Source of the DNA: Thermoanaerobaculia bacterium | Lineage (GTDB): Bacteria; Acidobacteriota; Thermoanaerobaculia; Multivoradales; UBA5704 | Reading direction: 5' to 3' | DNA: 59,081 bases | NCBI GenBank assembly: GCA_036266195.1 | Contig: DATANP010000599.1 | Location: 1 to 59,081, forward strand | Part shown: one piece after another, positions 17,758 through 27,412 of the stretch | Numbering within the stretch: the first letter of the stretch is position 1 | Layout: every line of letters starts with the position of its first letter | Program-made: the position numbers and the translations under genes | The notes under the pieces: model-generated | What the model was told of the DNA's origin: nothing | Database searches by the model: none | Seen by the model: only the letters and a program-made list of their open reading frames with translations

Positions 17758-19034
17758 GATTTCACTGCATCGGGATGAATTGGCAGGACTACAGTGAAGT
17801 AGGAACGCCCTTCGTCGAACTCAAACCGAGGCTCCGGTGAACCGTTGGCCGCCATGGCCCGGAAGATCTTGGGAATTCCGGTACTGCGGGTCTCTGCGAG
17901 CTTCAGCTCCTTGAGCAACTCGCCGATGCGCCGGTTCCGGGCAGGAACCTGAGGGATGCGGCGTCCGGGCGCGAAGTCCTCCGTCTTGAGACCGGGTACC
18001 GGGCCTGGGTAGCTGGTTATCACCAACTCGGTAGGGTAGAGATAGACCTTGGTAGGCTGTTCCGCCCGATAGTCGCGGTGGTGGACGGCATTGACAACCG
18101 CCTCCTCGATGGCAGCAAAGGGGTAGGCATCCCAGGTTGTTGCCTCCGGTCGATCGGGATGCTTGCGCACGAACTGTCCCACCAGAGTGCGCAAAACTCC
18201 GAGGCAGTCGCGCACCTGACGGTGAACAGGGCCCCGGAAGATGCGCTCTTCGAGGATGTCGCCGCCTGCGTCATCTTCGAACCGGACGACGTCAATCCGG
18301 GCACCGGGAAAATGACGATCCGGATCATCGCTGAAGAAAAGAAGGGCGACGTTGCGCGGCGCCTCATGGCCATTCATTCGGTAGACGAGTTGCATGGCCC
18401 GGTACATCTCCCGATCGTCGGGCTCGTCAATGAGGGCGCTGCCGACTTCCTTCAAGAGCTCGCGGACGAGAGTGGAACGCAGGTCGTACATGTCGAATCG
18501 CGGAGCCGGCTGGTCGTCGAACGGCACCCAGCGGGTCATCTGCAGGAGCTCCGTCAGCACGGTGCCTCTCGCTTCGACGGTCTTCGAGCCGAGACGGACC
18601 CAGAAGCGGCGGTCTCCTGCCCGCGCTCCCGGCAGACTGTGCGGCCGGTTGAAGCTGCCGTGAGCCCAGACGGCCAGAATGTGCCGGCCATCTACGACCT
18701 CGTGGGAAAGGACGGGCTGATAGACAGGATCCATCCGCTGGCAGTTGCCGCGGATCCAGCGCTGGATCCGCTCCAGGGATGACGGATCGAGCCCTTTCGG
18801 GGGCAGTTGGGCGACGCCGTCCTTCTCCTCGACCCCGAGGATGATGTAGCCGCCGTTGACGTTGTAGTAATCGTTCGCGAAGGCGCAAATGGTCTCCAGA
18901 ACCTGCTGGGCTGTCGGGCCCTCGTTCCAACTGCTCTTGAATTCGACGCGAGCGGCCTCGACCCCACGGCGATAGAGGAGGTCGTAAACCGAAATCGGCA
19001 GAGCGCTGGTGGGAACCGCGCCTTCAGTCTCCAT
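17754..19034 (-). CDS. AlbA_2 (Schlafen-type) DNA/RNA-binding domain plus HATPase_c_4-like C-terminal domain protein
   Basis: RVEFKSSWNEGP...ICAFANDYYNVNGGYIILGVEEKDG is AlbA_2. EEAVVNAVHHRDY...ARNRRIGELLKELKLAETRSTGIPKIF is the C-terminal ATPase-like/wHTH module of RecG-like putative regulators. GGAGAA lies 11 nt upstream of ATG. Confidence 0.85.
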   Translation of the reverse strand: METEGAVPTSALPISVYDLLYRRGVEAARVEFKSSWNEGPTAQQVLETICAFANDYYNVNGGYIILGVEEKDGVAQLPPKGLDPSSLERIQRWIRGNCQRMDPVYQPVLSHEVVDGRHILAVWAHGSFNRPHSLPGARAGDRRFWVRLGSKTVEARGTVLTELLQMTRWVPFDDQPAPRFDMYDLRSTLVRELLKEVGSALIDEPDDREMYRAMQLVYRMNGHEAPRNVALLFFSDDPDRHFPGARIDVVRFEDDAGGDILEERIFRGPVHRQVRDCLGVLRTLVGQFVRKHPDRPEATTWDAYPFAAIEEAVVNAVHHRDYRAEQPTKVYLYPTELVITSYPGPVPGLKTEDFAPGRRIPQVPARNRRIGELLKELKLAETRSTGIPKIFRAMAANGSPEPRFEFDEGRSYFTVVLPIHPDAVKS

Positions 19035-19068
19035 GAGCGGGCGTTTTCTCCTGGGCCGTCGGCCCTAC

Positions 19069-19086
19069 AGGTGATACCGGTCACCT
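19069..19086. promoter_or_regulatory. Inverted repeat AGGTGA-N6-TCACCT upstream of the AlbA_2 gene (possible operator)
   Basis: Read directly. The 6-bp arms are perfect reverse complements. It lies 35-52 nt upstream of the start codon at 19034. Confidence 0.25.
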
Positions 19087-19180
19087 CCCGGTTGAAGACT
19101 TTAGCAGGTGGCGGCCTGAGAAGGTCCGCCCTGGACCAAGGTGCCCGGGCGATCCCCGCTGCCATCGCCGATTCCGGCGG

Positions 19181-19706
19181 CCCGTAGAAGGTTACAGCAG
19201 CCCATAGAAGGTTGCGGCGGCCCGTAGAAGGTTACGGCAGTCCGTAGAAGTTTCCGTGGGCCCGTAGAAGTTTCCGTGGGCCCGTAGAAGGTTATGCCGG
19301 CTCGTAGAAGTTTACGTCGGCCCGTAGAAAGGTTGCGCCGGCTCGTGGAAGTTTCCGTCGGCTCGTAGAAGTTTACGGCGGCCCATAGAAAGTTTCCGTG
19401 GGCTCGTAGAAGGTTACGTCGGCCTGTAGAAGTTTCCGGCGGCTCGCAGAAAGTTTCCGCCGACTCGTAGAAGTTTACGGCGCCCCGCAGAAGGTTACGG
19501 CAGCCCATAGAAAGTTTCCGCCGGCCCGTGGAAGTTTCCGTCGGCTCGTAGAAGGTTACGGCGACCCGTAGAAGGTTACGGCAGCCCGTAGAAAGTTTCC
19601 GGCGGCCCGTAGAAGTTTCCGCCGGCTCGTAGAAGCTTCCGCCGGCCCGTAGAAAGTTTCCGCCGGCCCGTAGAAGGTTGCGGCGGGCCGTAGAAGGTTA
19701 CGACGA
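19181..19706. repeat. Array of 26 head-to-tail 20-21-bp direct repeats (approx. consensus GGCCCGTAGAAGKTTWCGGC), no spacers
   Basis: Hand-counted 26 units over 526 bp. The core CGTAGAAG is nearly invariant. The unit length is not a multiple of 3. Confidence 0.95.
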
Positions 19707-20060
19707 CTCCGGCTCGACGACCCGGTGCCCGCAGACGCCGCAGCGGCCGGTGACGGCGGCAATCTCACCGGTCGTGCCGAGCAGCGCCTCGCCGCAGGAC
19801 GGGCAGGCAAGGCCGAACTTCCGCACCCGACGCTCCTCCAACTGGGGAACGAAGATCGTAGCGGTTGCCAGCGTGGCGACCAGCGCGGCGAAGGCCGCGA
19901 CTTCCGGCCAGACACCCCAGCGGTCGACGTCGATGCCTTTGAAAGAGCCCACTACCAAGGGAGCAAGCACGGGGATGAAGACGAAGAGGAAGGGCGTCAT
20001 CCGTCCCCGGGCGGCACGTTGGAACGCCTGCTGCCGTTCGACAAGCTCGACGTGGGTCAT
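19698..20060 (-). CDS. Small membrane protein with C-terminal CxxC...CxxC zinc ribbon (120 aa)
   Basis: Start at MTHVELVERQ with GAGG about 10 nt upstream. Two hydrophobic helices (FLFVFIPVLAPLVVG, AAFAALVATLATATIFV), then ACPSCGE...GRCGVCGH. Confidence 0.5.
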   Translation of the reverse strand: MTHVELVERQQAFQRAARGRMTPFLFVFIPVLAPLVVGSFKGIDVDRWGVWPEVAAFAALVATLATATIFVPQLEERRVRKFGLACPSCGEALLGTTGEIAAVTGRCGVCGHRVVEPESS

Positions 20061-20083
20061 GGCAATAGGATACCTCGAAAGTG

Positions 20084-20108
20084 CCGGGGAGCGCGGGTGC
20101 GCCCCCCG
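20084..20108 (-). terminator. GC-rich imperfect hairpin downstream of the isoamylase stop (weak intrinsic-terminator candidate)
   Basis: CCGGGGAGCGC-GGGT-GCGCCCCCCGG pairs imperfectly. On the minus strand it is followed only by a short TTT. Confidence 0.3.
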
Positions 20109-20122
20109 GTCCATCGACCTGG

Positions 20123-22720
<2,598 letters not shown>

Positions 22721-22733
22721 GATGGGATCCTCC

Positions 22734-22778
22734 TGTTGCCGCAATTCGAAGCGGCTCAAATTCTGGACAGGCTACTTT
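22734..22778. repeat. Copy 1 of a ~45-bp conserved element (R element) containing a hairpin GCCGC-AATTCGAA-GCGGC
   Basis: Aligns by eye to 30516-30559 with 6 substitutions and 1 indel. See findings. Confidence 0.7.
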
Positions 22779-22813
22779 AGCCCTTCCCTCTCCTCTTCGC
22801 CCCGGTCGCCGGG

Positions 22814-23719
22814 GTGGGGCCGGAGTATGATCTGCGGATGCGATCGGGCCTGAACCTGGACGAAATGGACCTCTATGCGGGGATCGCCGACGCCCGTCTC
22901 CAGGTGGACGAGTTCCACTTTGGCCGCGGCATCGCCTTGTCCCGCACCTTTGCTCATCTCTCCGCTCCCTTTCTCGCGGGATTCCTGCCGCGGCCCGCCC
23001 GGTATCTCGGGGATGCCGCTGTGTTCGAGCCCAAGAGTTTCGACATCCTGGCGCAGCTCCATATTCCCGAGGATGCCGTTCCACTGGAAGGTCTGGACCG
23101 GTTGAACACGGTCTGGTGGCTGGCGCTGCTTCTGCGGCTGCGGACCACGCCGCACCTGAGCGTGGTGGGGTTGTCGAGCGAGCCGTTCGGAGGAGACCCG
23201 AGAGCCTGGCGGGGCGCCGGTTTCTGGCCGGTCGAGGCGGAGCCCCGCCGCGTCGAGCTGGCTCCCGGAGCCCGGGGCGAGATCACCCGGGAGGACCTGG
23301 AGTGGGTGGCGCGCTGTTGGATTCCCGCCGGCCGCCTGATGAGGGAGCGCGAGGACCTCCACAAGGCGGTCCGCAACTTCGACCGGAGCTGCTTCGCTCC
23401 CGGTCCGGCCGACGCCCTTCAACTCCTCTGGGCCTCGCTCGCCAGTCTCTTCCTTCCCGACGAGGAAGACGACGGCAGCCGCCTTATCTCAAACCTGGCG
23501 ACCTTCCTGGAGATCCCCGCCGCGGAGCGCGCCGCCTTCCTGGACAGCGCGACCGATCTCTTGGATGCCCGGCTGGCCTCGCTCGAAGGCGCCATCGGCG
23601 ACCTGGAGGAGCCGGTTGCCAGGACCTGTGGGCTGGTCCGACAGACGCTGACCCGGATCTTCGACAACGGCTACGTGCCGACGATCCCGGAGCTGGAGGC
23701 GGGACTCCAGGCACATTGA
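22814..23719 (+). CDS. Hypothetical protein (301 aa; alternative start ATG 22838)
   Basis: Long ORF with non-shadow-like composition (helical, Leu/Glu/Asp-rich C-terminal half). No motif recognised. Confidence 0.5.
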   Translation: MGPEYDLRMRSGLNLDEMDLYAGIADARLQVDEFHFGRGIALSRTFAHLSAPFLAGFLPRPARYLGDAAVFEPKSFDILAQLHIPEDAVPLEGLDRLNTVWWLALLLRLRTTPHLSVVGLSSEPFGGDPRAWRGAGFWPVEAEPRRVELAPGARGEITREDLEWVARCWIPAGRLMREREDLHKAVRNFDRSCFAPGPADALQLLWASLASLFLPDEEDDGSRLISNLATFLEIPAAERAAFLDSATDLLDARLASLEGAIGDLEEPVARTCGLVRQTLTRIFDNGYVPTIPELEAGLQAH

Positions 23720-23732
23720 GATGGAGGACGCC

Positions 23733-23761
23733 TTGACTCGGAAGGCGTCGCTGTTCATAAT
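23733..23761 (+). promoter_or_regulatory. Sigma70-type promoter TTGACT-N17-CATAAT for paralogue A
   Basis: -35 at 23733-23738, 17-nt spacer, -10 at 23756-23761. The whole element is conserved at 30558-30586. Confidence 0.55.
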
Positions 23762-26700
23762 CTCTGACTCCTATCCCCTGAAGCATCTGAATCCGGTCTG
23801 CTGATCTCGTCCATTTCGGGATTGAAACCTGTGATTCGAGCGCGGCGCTCGTAGGGAAGCTCTTTCTCTCTCCGGGTCGCGGCCGAAGGAGAGAGCGTCC
23901 TTGGCGATGACGCGTCGTGTGGCCGTACGCGCGGGAACCTGTCTTGCGTTCCTCGTTCTGCTGGGCGCTCCCTTGCTGGGCGGCCGTTTCCGGCTGTCCA
24001 ACCCGGAGTCTCCGGTCTACTATCGCTACGCCGTCATCGCGGGCGAGAGGATCCAACTCGTCGAGGGAACCCGGGTTGCCGGCAATCTCCACTCGAACGG
24101 CGATGTGAGCACCGCCTCCGGCGTCCTGATCGACGGCGACGCTTCGACGGTAGGCAAGATCACGGGCCCGGGAACCGTAACGGGAACGAAGAGAGAAGGG
24201 GCTCCGTCCGTCTCCCTGCCCCGGCTGGCGACCGCCGCCGAGCTTCAGGCGATGGCTGACCGGAAGCTCCAGGGAGATCAGACGTTCAACAACGCGGTCG
24301 TCGACGACGTCATCTTCGTCAACGGCCGGGTGAGGATCCAGGGCAGCCTCGGCGGCGCCGGCACCATCCTGGCGACCGGCGACGTGACCCTGGAATCCAG
24401 CGCGGCCGTGCCGGGTCCGGGGACGCGGATCTCCGTGGTCTCCCTGGGATCGATCGCTCTGGCCGAGGGCCGCGCGTTTCGCGGCATCCTCTATGCCGGC
24501 CAGGACGTGCAGGCCGGCCGCGGCGCGCAGCTCGAAGGCGTCGTGCTGGCCGGCCGCCGCGTTCATCTCAATGGAGACGTCCGGCTGACCTTTGTCAACT
24601 TCGACAGCGGCCCGCCGGTCATTACCTTGCTGTCGCCCGCGGCAGGCGCCTTCCTTTCCACGGCGATCCCGCAGATCACGCTCTCGTTCTCCGACGACCT
24701 CTCGGGCGTGGACCCGTCGACGGCGTCCTTCCTTCTCGACGGCCAGGACCGCACGGCCGGGGCCACCGTGAGCGCGACGGGCTTGAGCTTCCAGCCCGCG
24801 CAGCCGCTCGCTGACGGTCTTCATAAGATCGTGGTGCGGATCTTCGATCATTCGGGCAAGGAAGCTTCCGCGGAATTTACCTTCACCACCGACACGGTCG
24901 CGCCCGCGCTGCGGATCGCCTCCCCCGGCCCGACTGTGGATGGCGACTCCACGCCGGCTGTTACCGTTGAATTCTCCGACGCCGCCTCGGGCATCGATCC
25001 GGAGACCCTGGAGGTCGAGATCGATGGCGTGTCGATTCAGAGCTCGTGCGTCCTGTCCGAGAGCTCCGCTGTGTGCGAGCCGCCCGAGCTGGCGGAAGGC
25101 CGGCACACGATCGTCGCGGAGGTCGCCGATCGCGCGGGCAACCGTACGACCGCGGAATCGAGCTTCGACATCGTGCTCGACCGCAAGCCGCCCGCGCTGC
25201 GGATCGTCTCTCCCTCGGTCGGCCTGACCGTCGGCGACGCCACGCCTGAGATCGTCCTGTCGTACTCGGATGCGGGCTCCGAGGTCGATCTGGCCACGCT
25301 GAGCGTGGTCCTCGACGAGCAGGACCTGACGGCGGGGTGCGACGTGCAGCCGAATAAGGCCACCTGTGAGCCGCCGCCTCTGGCCGCCGGACTTCACATC
25401 CTGAAAGCCGCGATCGCGGACCGGAGAGGATTCCGAGCGGAACGCGAGCGGGTCTTCGAGATCTCGCTGCAGCTTGCCTTGATGATCGAAGCGCCGGCCC
25501 AGGGCGAGCTGACCCAGGCCTCCACCGTGGAGGTCTCGGGCACGATCTCTCCCGAGGCCGACTCGGTCTCGGTGAACGGAATCGAGGGCGTCCCCCAGAA
25601 CGGCATCTTTGTCATCGCGGATGTGCCCCTGCACGAGGGCGGCAACACCCTGACCGCGATCGCGCGCAGCGAGGGCGGCGGCATCGGAACGGCCACTGTG
25701 ACAGTGGTGCGGGATACCGCGGCGCCGAGGGTCGTCATCGCCGCGCCCCATGCCGGATTGATCACGACCTCGCCGCAGATCGCGGTCACCGGCGAATACG
25801 TCGATCCCTTATCGAGCAACGCCGACGTGGCTCCGCCGGTGGTGAAGGTCAACGGCTTCGTGGCAAAGACGGAGCTGCGGACGTTTTCCTATGACAACCT
25901 GCTCCTGCAACCTGGAGAAAACCTGATCCGCGTGACCGTGACGGACACGGCGGGCAACGAGGGCTCGGCCGAAGTGTCGGTGACGCTCGTGCAGGACGCG
26001 GCGCAGCAGATCGAAAAGCTTTTGGGAGACGACCAGTCGGGGCCGGTCGGACAGAGGTTGAAAGATCCGCTGGTGATGCGGCTCCGCGATGTGATCGGCA
26101 ACCCGCTGCCGGGCCGGCGCGTGCTGTTCGAGGTAACGCGTGGAGGCGGGCAGGTGGTGGCCGGAGGAGAGGAAGCGAGCAAGCTGTCGGTTTCAACCGA
26201 CGAGCAGGGGCTTGCCCGGGTGGACTTCTTCCTGGGCCGCCGGGCCGGCGCGGGCAACCATGAAGTGACGGTGACCTCGGCCGGCTTCCCGGGAGAGATC
26301 ACCTTCTCCGCCTCGGCAACGGTGAGCGAGCCGCGCCGCATCGTGCGAGCGGCCGGAGACGATCACACGGGAGCGATGGTCGCGGCGGTGTCGGAGCCTT
26401 ATCCCAAGCCCCTGTTGACGCAGGTTTTCGATGGTCAGGGCAACCCGGTGCAGAACGTGCCGGTGACCTATCGCGTGATCTCGGGCGGCGGCTCCTTCGC
26501 CGGGGCCGAGACCGTGACCGAGGTCACCAACGGCCAGGGGCTCGCCTCGGCGACCTTCACTCTGGGGCCGCAGCCGGGAAACATGATCAATCTGGTCGAG
26601 GCAGGCTTCGATGGATTGGCCGAGCTGCCGGTAACCTTTGCGATCACCGGCATGGTGCTGGGCCCCGAGGAGGAGACCGCGATCGTCGGCTTGGTGCTGG

Positions 26701-27412
26701 ACAACCAGGACGATCCGGTTCCAGGCGTTACTCTGGCCGTCGATCACACAGACCTCACGGCGGTCTCCGACGCGCAGGGCCGCTTCCGTATCGCCGGGGT
26801 TCCTGTGGGAACGGTCAAGCTCAAGGTCGACGGCAAGACCACGAGCCGGCCCGGAACCTGGCCGTATCTGGAATTCCATTTCACCACCATCAGCGGCGTG
26901 GACAACAGTCTGGGGATGCCGATCCGTCTGCTTCCGATCGATGTCGCGGGCGGGAAGCTGGCTGGCGGTCCGGAAGAAGTCGTGATCCAGATGAAGGGAG
27001 TCCCCGGAGCGACACTGACAGTGGCGCCCAATTCAGTGACCTTCCCCAATGGATCCAAGGTCGGCACCGTCTCCTTCACCCAGGTCCATGGCGACAAGGT
27101 GCCGATGATCGCGCCGCTGGGCTCGAACTTCACGGTGGCATTCACGGTCCAGCCGCCGGGCACGCGCTTCGATCCTCCGGCGGTGGTGACGCTGCCAAAC
27201 ATCGGCCTGCCGCCGGGCTCCGAGGTGGATCTCTTCTCCTTCGATCACGACATCGGCGAGTTCCTCTCGGTCGGTACCGCGACGGTGACGCCGGACGGCC
27301 TGCTGTTGCGCTCGAACCCGGGCACCGGCATCAGCAAAGCCGGCTGGGGCGGTGGGGTTCCTCCACCGCCGCCGTTATCCGACGCTTGCCAACCGGGCGC
27401 TTGTACGACCTG
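23733..27412 (+). repeat. Copy 1 of a ~3.7-kb direct duplication (promoter, leader and N-terminal ~1160 codons)
   Basis: The protein alignment with 30558-34243 is roughly nine in ten identical by eye, and becomes almost identical in the last ~280 codons before the junction. Confidence 0.9.

Noticed and set aside
19181-19706. Tandem array considered as a CRISPR array
   Set aside because: Units are directly adjacent with no unique spacers. The unit is only 20-21 bp, and no cas genes are present in the window.
19101-19915. ORFs 19101-19508 and 19556-19915 (minus strand) read through the tandem array as repeat proteins
   Set aside because: The repeat period (20-21 nt) is not a multiple of three, so the peptide repeat pattern drifts between frames. 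The ORFs exist only because the unit lacks stops in those frames.
23484-25751. 755-aa minus-strand ORF and its sister ORFs opposite paralogues A and B (for example 30554-31360 and 32096-33919)
   Set aside because: They are antisense shadow frames. They are duplicated only because the sense genes are duplicated.
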